From NCBI GenBank assembly GCA_964016885.1, contig OZ024763.1, positions 30,620,679 through 30,684,678 of the forward strand: a stretch of 64,000 bases of DNA, in the 5' to 3' direction. The notes below the pieces were generated by a model, which saw only the letters and a program-made list of their open reading frames with translations, did not search any database and was not told the origin of the DNA. The DNA is from Eledone cirrhosa. Its lineage: Eukaryota. Both the position numbers and the translations under genes were made by a program. Positions 1-13,799 of the stretch are shown here, in pieces (within the stretch, counting starts at the first letter, position 1; every line of letters begins with the position of its first letter).

Positions 1-74
1 TATGTATATGTATATATATATACAGGGGCTGTGGTGTATATATGTACATATGCATGTATATATATATATATATA

Positions 75-480
75 ATGTAGGAGGTGAGTTTTATTGTAGT
101 ACAATAAAGCAATGCAGATATCAGATAAGAAGCACTCTACTGTTTGTAGGACTGGAGTATACATAATATATAAGATCAAAAGATGGTTAAATGAGTTCCA
201 TGTATTTTATTATGCGCATTTCAAAAACAAATATCATCATGCAATAACATTTGTGTTTTCATCAGATAAAATAGGAGGGCATGATATGAAGGTTAAAAAA
301 CACTTGTGGATAGTGCAGTTTTAAATCAACAAAACTGCACTATCCACAAGTGTTTTTTAACCTTCATATCATGTCCTCCTATTTTATCTGATGAAAACAC
401 AAATGTTATTGCATGATGATATTTGTTTTTGAAATGCGCATAATAAAATACATGGAACTCGTTTAACCATCTTTTGATCT

Positions 481-490
<10 letters not shown>
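75..490 (-). mobile_element. Fold-back Penelope-like (pLTR) element in (TA)n, with about 160-bp inverted arms (163-322 / 331-490)
   Basis: Near-perfect palindrome with an 8-nt loop; hammerhead in each arm; TA tracts on both sides. Confidence 0.75.
380..450 (+). ncRNA. Type I hammerhead ribozyme (mirror copy 203-273 on -)
   Basis: Stem I tattttat/ataaaata; CTGATGA; long stem II; GAAA; palindromic helix III ATGCGCAT; AUA triplet. Confidence 0.75.
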
Positions 491-514
<24 letters not shown>

Positions 515-522
<8 letters not shown>

Positions 523-1248
523 GAATAATCGAGTATCGAAAAATCGGCGCACGAGTTCACGATAAACAAAATTCGATATGAGTGGCAGAGTGCTCACTAA
601 TTTAGATAAATCAGAGCTATAACTATCGTTAAAATACCGTCACACACAGAACAAGTCTATAATCAACCGCACGATCGAAAATTTGCGATCCGGAAGATTC
701 GGGACACTCAGATAAAAAATATCAATAAATCAATAAATTAAATGAATGTAAAAAGCATACCCGGACCCGCTAGGAAGATGTTAAACCTAGCTTCTTGGGT
801 TTCTGTAAATCCTTAAACTGTTCTCTATCAGCTCACATAAAAATATATAAGACATCTAGAAGACAGCGGACAGGAAATTTACTTCTTCAACGAGCTTTGT
901 CCAAACGGATGGAATGGCATAACCCAAGCTAAATACGCACATGGAATTCGGCAAGGGAGATAACCTCTACATCCGCGAAAACTATTCGGGAAAATGTGGA
1001 AATACACATATCGAATAAAAGTGCTCAATAGACATGTTAAAATAAACAGGAGCTATTCATCACTCAATAGAATCGACAAAAAATGAACAATAAAATTAAC
1101 TGGTCAATAGCTATGTCTAGAGCTAAATATAGTAGAATAATCGAGTATCGAAAAATCGGCGCACGAGTTCACGATAAACAAAATAAGATATGAGTGGCAG
1201 ATTGCTCACTAATTTAGATAAATCAGAGCTATAACTATCGTTAAAATA
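515..1248. mobile_element. Non-coding element with about 122-bp terminal direct repeats (515-636, 1127-1248; offset 612 bp) inserted in (TA)n
   Basis: Both repeats run gtagaataatcgagtatcg...ctatcgttaaaata with few mismatches; unique interior with no ORF. Confidence 0.65.
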
Positions 1249-1805
1249 TATATATATATATATATACACAGGGGCTGTGGTGTATATATGTATGTATATA
1301 TACAAGGGCAAATTGTGGTGTATATAAGTATGTATATATGTACAGGGGCAAATTGTGGTGTAGATATGTATGTGTAATATATATATATATATACACAGGG
1401 GTCGTGTGGAAGCATTTCTGAATTGGGTTGGGGAGGTGGGGGGGGGGGGGGCAAATTTGTTCGATTTAGTTGCAGTGATTAGTTTGTTTAGCTGTTATTA
1501 TCAAATATCAACCAAGATATTAAATACTTTGATATGTGGTAAAACATAACATGTATATAAATTGTAGCAAAAAATGTACAAATAGAGGTTTGGGGGTTTG
1601 GGGAGAAAAATATATAATTATTGGGGGAGCTATGGCATGGCATGACCCCCTTAACTCACCAGTTCTACTGCCCCTGGTGTGTATATATCGACATTTATAT
1701 ATATACCCCCCCCCCCCCACCCACTCTCAAGCGTGAAACTAAAAACAATATCATTTGTACTGCTTCTCTGTTTTTTGTTCTCTGTTCATTTATTAACTAT
1801 ATAAT

Positions 1806-2193
1806 GGAGGCACATGGCTTAGTGGTTAGAGCATTGGCCTTGCAATCGAAAGGTTGTGAGTTCAAAATCAGACCGGGTGATGTGTTGTTTCCTTGAGCAA
1901 GAGACTTTATTTCACATTGCTCCAGTTTACTCAGCTGTAGAAATGAGATGATAGGGACTGGGGTCCCTATCATTCCACTGCAAAGTGGTCATGGAAGTGT
2001 CACGGCAAAAAAGCACCCAGCCCACACTGTAAATTGGACGTGTAGGTGCCACGGAAAAAAAGCACCCATCACTCACTGTAAATGAGGTTGGTGTTAGGAA
2101 GGGCCTCCAGCTGGAGGCCCTTCTAGAAATCAAGCCAGAATCAATTCCTGTCCCACCCTTGCAAGCAGGGAAAAGTGGACGTAAAATGATGAT
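1806..2193 (+). mobile_element. tRNA-derived SINE family A (tRNA-Cys-like head, CORE/V-like CCTTGAGCAAG domain, RTE-derived (GAT)n tail)
   Basis: A box TGGCTTAGTGG, B box GAGTTCAA; near-identical copies at 5933, 16817, 24870, 26862 and 44030. Confidence 0.85.
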
Positions 2194-2444
2194 ATATATA
2201 TGCCAGATACAGTCCTATACGAGTAAGACAGGGTCACCCAATCAATTTTGTCTCAAGTGGGACAATTCCCATCTAACCCATACTAGGGTGGAAGAATGAT
2301 GTTAAACGATGATGATGATGATATTATATATCCAGTACATTTTGTTAATTTACCACAAATTCTAAATTTAGACAGCTTGTTTATTATCAACAGTTAAATC
2401 TAGTCAACAACTTTATATTTTGTATTTTAAAAATATCTTAGTTA

Positions 2445-3195
2445 TACATGCCCACACCACCCTTTCTCTGTAAAGTTATGTTGGAACCACAAAGCACCCA
2501 GCCCACACTGTAAAGTGATCATGTAGGTGTCATAACAAAAAGCACCCAGCCCACTCTGTAAAGTGATCATGTAGGTGTCATAACAAAAAGCACCCAGCCC
2601 ACACTGTAAATTGGTTATGTAGGTGTCACGACAAAAAGCACCCAGTCCAGACTGTAAAGTGGTCTTGTAGGTGTCATGACAAAAAGCACCCAGTCCACAC
2701 TGTAAAGTAGGTGTCACAGTAAGTTAGCACCCAGCATACACTGTAAAGTGGTAGTGTAGGTGTCACGACAAAAAGCACCCAGTCCACACTGTAAAGTGGT
2801 TGTGTAGGTGTCACGACAAAAAGCACCCAGTCCAGACTGTAAAGTGGTCTTGTAGGTGACACGACAAAAAGCACCCAGTCCACACTGTAAAGTGGTTGTG
2901 TAGGTGTCACGACAAAAGTGTCCAATCCACACTGTAAAGTGATCATGTAGGAGACACAGTAAAAAGCACCCAGCACACACTGTAAATGTGGTTGGCGCTA
3001 GGAAGGCATCCAGCCGTAGAAAACCTGCCAGATACAGTCCTATAGAAGTGAGACATAGTCACCTGACCCAATAAATAGCACCTAGTTCACTCTGTAAGGT
3101 GGTCGTACTGGTGCCATGATAAAAAGCTCCCAGTCCACCCTGTAAGGTGGTCATACTGGTGCCACGGCAAAAAGCACCTAGTTCACCCTGTAAAC
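2445..3195 (+). repeat. Tandem array of about 42-bp units (aaaagcacccagtccacactgtaaagtggt...gtaggtgtcacgac) derived from the SINE/RTE 3' region
   Basis: Direct periodicity; the same unit occurs singly inside SINE A and the RTE 3'UTR; related arrays at 17365-17720 and 31790-32125. Confidence 0.85.
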
Positions 3196-4049
3196 TCATA
3201 GATTTGATATTATGTGAGGTAAAGCCTTTACTGCGAAACTACAATAGTATATATAGAGTAATGTGAATGCTAAAGGGTTAAATAGATAGCTGGAGAGCGG
3301 CTGAGAAATGAGAAAAGTCTTACACAGCATAGAAGAACAGACATTGAATGATGATGATGATACACTCAGTCCATAAACAAGGAAGTAAATCTTATTTATT
3401 CCATCAGTAAAACAATGGATTATGTATTAGTATAGTTAAATATAGTATATAATGTGTTTGGTCTACCTGTAACAATCCCCCTTAATCCAGTCTTTTGTCT
3501 TAGAAGATGTAATGAGTTCAGTCTTTTTGTTATTGTCATTATTATTATTGCTGTTATTATTATTATTAGTAGTATTATTTAAAGTAGCTTCATTTCAGAA
3601 TGAGATGGTATTACCCTATTGGATCGTTGTCTGCTTATGAGTAGACATGTCGAGAGATTTTTTTCTAACTTCTTCATCTTCAGCTCCTTCTTGTCTTTAT
3701 CGTCTTCTTTGTCAGCTTTTCTTACTTTCTGTTTCTCTGTCATCTCTTTTTCGTCTCTCTTTCTTTATTTCTTTATCATCTTTTCTTCAATGCAAAAATC
3801 TTCTTCATTTCCTTCTCGCCACTTAGTTCTTTCATCGACAACAATGAAAAGTGGTTTGTCTTTTTTTAAGAGATTAATGGTTGTCGGGAGTATGTTAGCC
3901 TCTGTTTGGCCTCTCTCTCTCGCTGTCTGTCTGCCTGTCTCTTGCTGTCTGTCTGTCCCTGTCTCTCGCTGTCTGTCTCTGTCTCTCGCTGTCTGTCTGT
4001 CTCTCATGGTCTGTCTCTCTTTCTGTTTGTCTGTCTCTCTGTGTTAATA

Positions 4050-4257
4050 ACGATTGCTAATATAGGCACAAGGCCAGCGGGGGAAAAGTTGATTAAATCT
4101 ACACCAGTCCGTTACTGGTACTTCATTTTATTGACCCCTGTAAGGATGAAAGGCAAAGCTAACCTTGGCGGGATTTGAACTCAATGTAAAGGACCATATC
4201 TATATGTCACAAAGCATGTTGTTCGATGCTCTACCAGTTGCTGCCAATCCACCACTC
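4050..4257 (-). mobile_element. tRNA-derived SINE family B (Meta-like GCCTTTCATCC..GGGTCGATAAA..AGTACCAG domain, (ATT)n tail)
   Basis: Reverse-complement copy; other copies at 5625-5818, 9113-9296, 32920-33133, 46075-46270, 47458-48355 and 52889-53585. Confidence 0.8.
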
Positions 4258-4459
4258 TTCTCTGTGTTAATAATAACTCTTTTTGTCAATTATTAATACA
4301 TTATTCCTATTACTTAACTTGAGCCAGCTAATTTATCATTATATATTATTATCTGATTGTACTCAGATATTATCTGATTGTGCTTCAGATACTGCCGAGG
4401 TCATCTTGGGTCCCTTGGTTAAATCTTCTTCTTGCTTACGAGACTGTAGTGTCATCTTG

Positions 4460-4770
4460 TTGTCACTCACCTGATCGAAACCAGGGATCAGAGATCAGTT
4501 TCCAGGGTTTACTATGAGAGGGTAGACAACTTGGGTTCCTTGGTTAAATCTAGTTTACGAGACTGTTGCTGTGTCATCTTGTCATTTACCTGATCAAAAC
4601 TAGGGATCAGAGATCAGTTTCCAGGGTTTACTATGAGAGGGTAGACAACTTGGGTTCCTTGGTTAAATCTAGTTTACGAGACTGTTGCTGTGTCATCTTG
4701 TCATTTACCTGATCAAAACTAGAGATCAGTTTCCACGGTTTACTGTGAGAAGATCGACAACTTTGGACCT
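4460..4770. repeat. Tandem duplication of a unit of about 120 bp (about 2.5 copies)
   Basis: Repeated cctgatcaaaactagggatcagagatcagtttccagggtttactatgagaggg. Confidence 0.8.
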
Positions 4771-5045
4771 TTGGACCCATATATATATATATATATATGT
4801 ATGTATGCATATATCATACACAAAACGCCAGCATCAACAGTTTTCCAAGAGATGTCAACATGAATAGACCTGTTATTTTTCTGTAAAAACATTTTTTCCA
4901 ATTCCATCCCGCCTGTCTTTTCAATTTTTCTAATTTCTCATTCTTTCTTCTGATGAAGGACTAGCGTCCAAAACACTAAGACCCTCTCCCTGCTATATCA
5001 AGCATTAACCTAATTTATTGCTTCCATATACTGTACCGATTGTGT

Positions 5046-5398
5046 TATGCTCCGTTGGATGTGCAATGTCAATGTGCGTGAATGACCAAGCATAGACGAG
5101 TTGAGAAAGAAACTGGGAATAAGAGGGATAAGTTGTGATGTGCAGGAGAGAAGGCTGAGATGGTATAGACATGTGATGCGCATGGAGGATGACCGCTGGG
5201 TGAAGAAGTGCCAGGAAGTCCCAGTAGAAGGAAGACGCTGTAGAGGTAGACCACGAAAAACATGGGTGGAGGTGGTAAGAGCAGACCTCAAATCACGCAG
5301 GAGATGACAAAGGACCGTGACAAGTGGAGAGATGCTGTGCTGCATAGGACCCATCCAACCCTTGCAAGCAGGGAAAAGCAGACATAAAATGATGATGA
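5046..5398 (+). mobile_element. RTE-clade LINE 3' fragment (subfamily 1); others at 13940-14050, 31143-31333(-), 39760-40070 and 41285-41370
   Basis: ERRLRWYRHVMRM...GRRCRGRPRKTW C-terminal motif; tail cccttgcaagcagggaaaagcggacataaaa(tga)n. Confidence 0.85.
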
Positions 5399-5540
5399 TA
5401 TATACATATGTATGTGTATGATACATAGATGTGTATATGTTATTTATCAGCTTCTATAACTGTTGTTGTTGTTCTTGCTGCTGCTAAAAGTGTTGGATCA
5501 TGATTAAAAGTGCAGGTCAAAAACTAGTAACCCTCTTTGT

Positions 5541-5573
<33 letters not shown>

Positions 5574-5575
<2 letters not shown>

Positions 5576-5859
5576 GTGTCCTGCAAAAATGTGTACACAC
5601 TTTGATTACCTGTACAGACATTATTGGTGAATTGGCAGTATCGGTAGAGGGGCGGTGGCCATGCTTTGACGCATAGAGTTACGGCCCTTGCCATTCTGAG
5701 TTCAAATCCTGCCGAGGTTAACTTTGCCTTTCATCCTTACGGGGTCGATAAAATAAAGTACCAGTAATTTACTGAGTAATTGCTGGCCTTGTGCCAAAAG
5801 TGGAAACAATTATTTATTAGAATTCTGTTGAAGTGTGTATACATTTTTGAGGGACACTG
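5574..5859. mobile_element. Tc1/mariner-like MITE with a nested SINE B
   Basis: TIR cagtgtcctgcaaaaatgtgtacacactt / aagtgtgtatacatttttgagggacactg, followed by TA. Confidence 0.65.
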
Positions 5860-5905
<46 letters not shown>

Positions 5906-5932
5906 CAGAGACAGAGAGAGAGAGAGAGTAAT

Positions 5933-6271
5933 GGAGGCACATGGCTTAGTGGTTAGAGCATTGGCCTTGCAATCGAAAGGTTGTGAGTTCAATTCTCAGA
6001 CCGGGTGATGTGTTGTTTCCTTGAGCAAGACACTTTATTTCACATTGCTCCAGTTTACTCAGCTGTAGAAATGAGATGATAGGGACTGGGGTCCCAATCA
6101 TTCCACTGTAAAGTGGTCGTGGAGGTGCCACGGCAAAAAAGCACCCAGCATTCACTGTAAATGAGGTTGGTGTTAGGAAGGGCATCCAGCTGTAGAAATC
6201 AAGCCAGAACCAGTTCCCGTCCCACCCTTGCAGGCAGGGAAAAGTGGACGTAAAATGATGATGATGATGAT
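5933..6271 (+). mobile_element. SINE family A, full length
   Basis: Matches the 1806 copy from head to tail. Confidence 0.85.
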
Positions 6272-6357
6272 ATATATCCTGAAATTCCTCTTTCCCCTCT
6301 CTCCCTCCTCTCTCTCATTCTCTCTATTGCTCTCTGTCTCTCTCCTCTCTGTTGCTC

Positions 6358-6715
<358 letters not shown>

Positions 6716-7225
6716 ATACGTATATATATATTCTCTCTTTCTCTCTTACTGCTCCCCCGTTCTCTCTGTTTCTCTCACCTTCTTTCGCCCCCTCTGTCAG
6801 TTACACTTTCTCTCGACTGACCTCTTCCTCGCACTTCCACTCACTCACTCTCTGTTTCTCCCCTTCTCACTTCCTCCCGTTCGTTAGTAGTGGGGTTCTT
6901 TCTTTCTCACATCTCATTCACGTCGGACGGTCTGTTTTCTGACCGCTCATGAAATTCACCCAGCTTATGCTGACCGGATAACCATCATGTTGCTTGCTCT
7001 TTTCCAACCTTCGGTTTGCTTTTCCTTCTGTTGTTTGCTTGTCTCACTCACTTTACACGATTCACTTGTCCCAATAGCTTATTTTAGTTATTGCTCGCAC
7101 CAACCTGAGGTATATGATTTTTTATGCGATGAAATACCAATGATGGTTGGCAAATCACTGATGAGGGACTAATTTTATAATATGTAACCCATGTGCAACC
7201 ACGCAGTTTTCCTCTTTCTTCCATG

Positions 7226-7257
<32 letters not shown>

Positions 7258-7879
7258 GTTTGTCTCTCTTTACTATATATGTATATATATATGTGCATAT
7301 ACAGGGCCTATGAGAGGGTGATCTAGCCAGTACTTTGTTCCGGCGCCCAAGAGCAAAGAAGGCCTCTTTCCATACCAAACAGCCTGAAACTGTTCATGGA
7401 TTTACATTAGAAAACTCTGTTTTAAAGTGTTTATATTTCATCTAAAAACTTTCCTTCATAATTTTGTGTAAACCTTTGTTAAGTTATGGTCCAAACATTA
7501 TTTTAATCATAAAAGTAGTTAGTTATTTTACTACCCCCCCCCCCCACCCCCCCCCCCCTCCTCCCAAGTTCACAATTATTATTAAGATTATTTTAAAATT
7601 ATAGGCAGTCTTTTCATTAAAAATAATGAAAGAGAGAAAGTCTAGTCTTCATATTTCTCTAAAAACCTTGCATCATAATTTTCTTTAAGAACCTTTGTTA
7701 TCTTCCAAATACCAGCTTAATTACCAGAGAGTTATATTACTATATTACTAAATCCTTTATACACACACACGTGTGTGTGTGTATATGTGATTGTATATAT
7801 AGATATAATTATATATATATATATATAATTATAATTCAAAATCTGAGCACAGGAGACAGACAGACTGTGTGTGTGTATA

Positions 7880-7928
<49 letters not shown>

Positions 7929-8055
7929 TACACACATACACACATACACACACACACATACACACACTCACACATGTATCACCATCATCATCATCATCAT
8001 ACGTCCGCTTCTCCCTGCTTGATGATGATGATGATATATGTATATATATATTTGT

Positions 8056-8116
<61 letters not shown>

Positions 8117-8312
8117 CTGTATATGCATGTATTTTTATGTATCTGTGTGTGTGTATATGTATATATGTATATGTATGTCTGTATATATGTATGTATTTTT
8201 ATGTAATCTGTGTGTGTGTGTGTATATATATATACATATATACACACACATACACACACACATATATATATGTATAATTCAAAAAGAGACAGACAGACTG
8301 TGTGTGTGTGTG

Positions 8313-8354
<42 letters not shown>

Positions 8355-8457
8355 GACATATCCACATACACACACATATTATCTCCTATATGCTCATTGA
8401 CATGTTTTGTAAATCAGCTGCTATCTTTTCTTTTAAACTGAACAAAGGAGTATAAAA

Positions 8458-8513
<56 letters not shown>

Positions 8514-9599
8514 GGCCGAAACAAATGAGATCGTGTAGGTGTCACGACAAAAAAAACACACAGTCCACGCTGTAATGTGGCCGTGTAGGCAACACGGTAA
8601 AAACCTCCCAGACCCACACTGTAAATGTGGTTGGTGTTAGGAAGGGCATCCAACTGTAGAAAACCTGCCAGACTGTCCTATGCGAGCAAGACAATCACTC
8701 TTGCCTCAAGTGGGACTACCCCCGTCCAAACCCATGCAAGCGTGGAACACGGATGTTAAACGTTGATGATGATATATATATATATATTGTTGTCTCTAAA
8801 TACCTATATATTTCTAGGAAATGTTAACTCAGGCCACTCCCATTAACGCCTAGCCCACCATGTATCTTGGTTGTAAACATGTTTACATTTTGTTTCTATT
8901 TTTTTTCATTTTTCATTGGATTGTTTTTCTCACCCCACTCACCCCTCGCATGTCTATTTTAAAATCTCATGCAAGGTTAACCCTCTCATTGTTATGTTTC
9001 TAATACTGCTTGAGGTTTCCAAATAATTTTTTTTTTTTAATAGTTTAAAATGTGGTGGGATTTAGTTAGTAATATAACTAGTTTTACCTGTTAATATAAA
9101 TAAGTAAATAAGTGTTTCTACTTTTGGCACAAGGCCAGCAATAACCCAGTGTATTACTGGTACTTTATTTTATCGACCCCATAAGGATGAAAGGCAAAGT
9201 TAACCTCAGCGGGATTTGAACTCAGAATAGCAAGGGCCGTAACTTTATGCGTCAAAGCATGGCGTCCGACCCTCTACCGATACTGCCAATCTACCGAAGT
9301 AAATAAGTGGTAGATTATACAGCTGGCCTCTAACCACTAAGCTATGCGCCTCACATACAGGATAGAAAATAGTAACCTAAGTAAACATGAAAGAACAGCC
9401 CAACTCCCACTGTCATCGCCTCCATCTCTCTCGCCCTCCCCATCTCTCCGTATGGTGAGCAAATGGGGTCCCATGTGCTGGCCTCCTCACAGCCCCGGTG
9501 GACAGAATGGGGAAGATGTTTCCCCGAAGGATGGTAAGGGAGACACATTGGAACAGCCATTCCAACTCGCGAGGCTCACACCTGCGGCTGGTCAGCTCG

Positions 9600-9810
9600 G
9601 AGCCTAGGGAGGTGGTCCTAGGGCCAAGGACACCAAAGGTCTCCACTGCTCTGGGTAGCCAACACCATACCGATGGTGGTGAGTAGGGAGGTGGTCTTAG
9701 GGTCAAGGACACCAGACGTCTCCACTGCTACGGGTAGCCAACTCTGTGCCGACGGTGGTTAGTAGAGTGGTGGTCCTAGGGCCAAGCATACCAGAAGTCT
9801 CCACAGCAGA
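9600..9810. repeat. Tandem repeat of about 80 bp (about 2.5 copies)
   Basis: Repeated ggtggtcctagggccaaggacacca..gtctccactgct..gggtagccaac. Confidence 0.75.
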
Positions 9811-10147
9811 ACCAAAGTTAGGGAGCTGTAGCCACATTTACTGTGGGAAACTGGATGGTAATGTTATGAGGAGGGACAGACTTGTGGATTAGATTTACTT
9901 CCATAAGTTTGGTGTCCCCCTTGCCTTCCTCCGGGTCAATAGCTTCTCCATCCTGTCGGCCAGGACCACAAGGCGAACTAATCCTTGAACAGTGTGTGGT
10001 CTGTACTTACACACACACAGACACGCACACTTACACACACAGTCACACACAAACACACAAACATACACACACAAACACACACAAACACACACAGACACAC
10101 ACACACACACACACACACAGTCACACAAACACACACACACAGTCACA

Positions 10148-10185
<38 letters not shown>

Positions 10186-10194
10186 GAGACAAAT

Positions 10195-10660
10195 TAGTGG
10201 TCAGTTTTTCAAGGTTATTCAAAACATAAATTTCAACAAGAAGCAACATGCTTCGAAATAGTTTCATTCTCTTCTAGATTGCCAGATGTTGTTATTATTA
10301 ATAATAATCTTCCCAGCATTTTGTTGAAAGATGGGTGAGAGAGGCAAGCATGGCCCGAGTGAATGGGCCTACTCTGAGTATGCGCCTGTAAATTGAAGGT
10401 GGAAAACTGGGAGAGGGCACTTGCCCTGGTGGTCAGGGTCACCGTGGCTTTTTTAATGGGCTTTCTCTACGAATCTCCCTCGGAAGTCTCCCCCCATTGG
10501 GGAATTTTTCATTGTTTCTTTTTTGTTACATCCTCTGTTTTTGTTTTTTTTTACACGCAGAAATGCCCATTTGTACCGTCTTGTATTGTCCTGTACTGTC
10601 CTTAATGTCTACTTTGTGTAAACCCTTGTGGTTAATAAAGAAAGCATTATTATTATTATT
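10195..10660 (+). mobile_element. Tx1/L1-clade LINE 3' end, degenerate
   Basis: ERWVREASMARVNGP is homologous to the copies at 33690 and 46640; ends tgtggttaataaagaaa followed by (att)n. Confidence 0.6.
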
Positions 10661-11200
10661 ATTTTTATTTTTGGTAAAGTTTAAAACTAACTGGAGAAAT
10701 GTGTAATTAATTGCATACAGACTTAACAACAGATTCCTACATGAAATTATGATGGAAGGTTTTTAGATAACCATAAACACTTTAACTCTTTCCTCGCCAT
10801 ATTTTTAATAACAGACACTGCTTGTGATTTTCAAATTATTTTCAAAATAAATAACCAAGAATGTGGTTGGTATTTAATGATATAACTTTCTCGTTACGCA
10901 GGTGTTTTGGAAAACAACTTTCTACTTAAAATTATGATGGAAAGTTTTTTTTTTTTATAAATGTAAACACTTTAACTGATTCCTCACCATATTTAGTAAA
11001 ATAACTATTTCTTATTTTCTTGTTATTAAACAGGTGTTTTGGAAAATAATTCCTGAAAAGTTTCTTGCATAAAATTACGATGGAAGGTTTTGGGATGATA
11101 TAAAGATAATGGTTTCTGATTTAGGCACAAGGCCAACAATTTTGGGGAAGGGGAAAAGTCGATTAAATCAACCCCAGTGCGTCTATGCATTTTGAACTTA

Positions 11201-11551
11201 ACCCTTTATCATTTAAACTGGTCATATCCGGCCAGAATTCTCTCACCTTTTTCTGTACAAACTCATATTGATGTTAAGGTATTGTTCTCAAAATCTTATA
11301 GATTCAATATTATGTCAGGTAAAGCCTTTACCACAAAATACAATAGTAAATATAGAGTAATGTAAATGCTAAAGGGTTAACCCTCTCACCTCTTTCTGTT
11401 CAAACTGGCTGTAACCAGCCACTCATACTGATGTTAAGGTATTGTTCTCAAAATAAATAATATCAAAATCTCATAGATTCGATATTATGTAAGATAAGCC
11501 CTTACCATGAAAATACAATAGTATATATAGAGTAATGTAAATGCTAAAGGG
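11201..11551 (-). mobile_element. Two adjacent piggyBac-like MITEs
   Basis: ttaa|ccc...taaatgctaaaggg|ttaa termini. Confidence 0.7.
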
Positions 11552-12097
11552 TTAATTATGCTTATGCGATTTCTTGTGGTTTGTTAATTTAAATGTTTAT
11601 ATTGTGGACAGATAGTTGTGGAAATTCCCAGTAAACTATCCACTTCCTCATTAACTGACATCCTGTAAAGATATATTTTGGGGAAAACATTTTGAGTCAT
11701 TAAATCTGAGATATTTCATGATATAGTTTCACTAGTGTGGAAAATGGCCGGTAAACAACAATGATGATGATGATGATGATGTGTAAATAATATACTAAAG
11801 TGGTGGTGGTGGTGGGGTGGGTGGGGGTTCTACTGAGTCACAGTTTGTCGAAAAGATAGGAAAGAGCATAACAACCTTTTGTTGACTGGTTTGTGCTGTT
11901 GCTGTTGGCCACATACATAGACATACATATGTATATATACATATATACATATGTATATATATATATACACATACATACATATATATATATATATACATAC
12001 ATATAGACATACATATGTATATATACATACACATAGACATACATATGTATATATACATGCATATAGACATACATACACACATATATATAGACAGTCA

Positions 12098-12155
<58 letters not shown>

Positions 12156-12194
12156 CAGACAGGCAAACAAGCATATACATACATATTTTATACA

Positions 12195-13457
12195 TTCAGT
12201 CTTACTGAAGGCCACACTCAGTCTTACAGAAGGTCACACTCAGTCTTACAGAAAGTCACACTCAGTCTTACTGAACACCACACTCATTCTTACAGAAGGT
12301 CACACTCAGTCTTACTGAAGGCCACACTCAGCTTTTCAGAAGGCCGCACTTAGTCTTACAGAAAGCCTGAGTATCCAGGATGTATATAAAATAAACTACT
12401 ATACACAGTTTAGTCTACAGAAAGCCTGAGTTATCTAGTGTATATAAAATAAAACTACTATACACAGTTTAGTCTACAGAAAGCCTGAGTTATCTAGTGT
12501 ATATAAAATAAAACTACTATACACAGTTTAGTCTACAGAAAGCCTGAGTTATCTAGTGTATATAAAATAAAACTACTATACACAGTTTAGTCTACAGAAA
12601 GCCTGAGTTATCTAGTGTATATAAAATAAAACTACTATACACAGTTTAGTCTACAGAAAGCCTGAGTTATCTAGTGTATATAAAATAAAACTACTATACA
12701 CAGTTTAGTCTACAGAAAGCCTGAGTTATCTAGTGTATATAAAATAAAACTACTATACACAGTTTAGTCTACAGAAAGCCTGAGTTATCTAGTGTATATA
12801 AAATAAAACTACTATACACAGTTTAGTCTACAGAAAGCCTGAGTTATCTAGTGTATATAAAATAAAACTACTATACACAGTTTAGTCTACAGAAAGCCTG
12901 AGTTATCTAGTGTATATAAAATAAAACTACTATACACAGTTTAGTCTACAGAAAGCCTGAGTTATCTAGTGTATATAAAATAAAACTACTATACACAGTT
13001 TAGTCTACAGAAAGCCTGAGTTATCTAGTGTATATAAAATAAAACTACTATACACAGTTTAGTCTACAGAAAGCCTGAGTTATCTAGTGTATATAAAATA
13101 AAACTACTATACACAGTTTAGTCTACAGAAAGCCTGAGTTATCTAGTGTATATAAAATAAAACTACTATACACAGTTTAGTCTACAGAAAGCCTGAGTTA
13201 TCTAGTGTATATAACATAAAACTACTATACACAGTTTAGTCTACAGAAAGCCTGAGTTATCTAGTGTATATAAAATAAAACTACTATACACAGTTTAGTC
13301 TACAGAAAGCCTGAGTTATCTAGTGTATATAAAATAAAACTACTATACACAGTTTAGTCTACGGAAAGCCTGAGTTATCTAGTGTATATAACATAAAACT
13401 ACTATACACAGTTTAGTGTACGGAAAGCCTGAGTTATCTAGTGTATATAAAATAAAA
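12195..13457. repeat. Minisatellite: 22-bp units (12195-12365) grading into about 18 near-perfect 59-bp units
   Basis: Unit gtatataaaataaaactactatacacagtttagtctacagaaagcctgagttatctagt; no spacers. Confidence 0.95.
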
Positions 13458-13762
13458 ATAAACTGCCACAGATAGTTTAGTCTTCAATGGTATTTTAATC
13501 ATTTTAATACTGTTAATAGAAAGAAAATCAGTTATATGATGTATGTTGCCAGTGAACTACTAAATGATAGGGCAATGTTCTCACATATATTCCACTAATG
13601 TTTGGAAGTTTATCACCTTTTCTTGTTGTTTTCCTATTTACCCCTGCTAGTGTCTGTGTGTGGGTGTGACTGTGTCTGTGTGTGTGTCTGAATAGATCTT
13701 TGTTGGTATGGGAATTGAGAATTTATATAAACAGTAAATATATATAGCAATCTTATATACAG

Positions 13763-13799
<37 letters not shown>

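Noticed and set aside
1806-1880. tRNA-Cys gene (GCA anticodon-like loop) and its copies
   Set aside because: The stems are imperfect and it is always fused to a SINE body and tail, so it is a SINE head.
6730-7115. Candidate promoter or non-coding first exon of the PI3K gene (CpG-containing unique sequence, ctgag|gtatat)
   Set aside because: It cannot be distinguished from repeat debris without transcript data; the upstream 5'UTR exon remains unlocated.
12370-13457. CRISPR-like regular array
   Set aside because: The units are contiguous with no unique spacers, there are no cas genes, and the context is eukaryotic.
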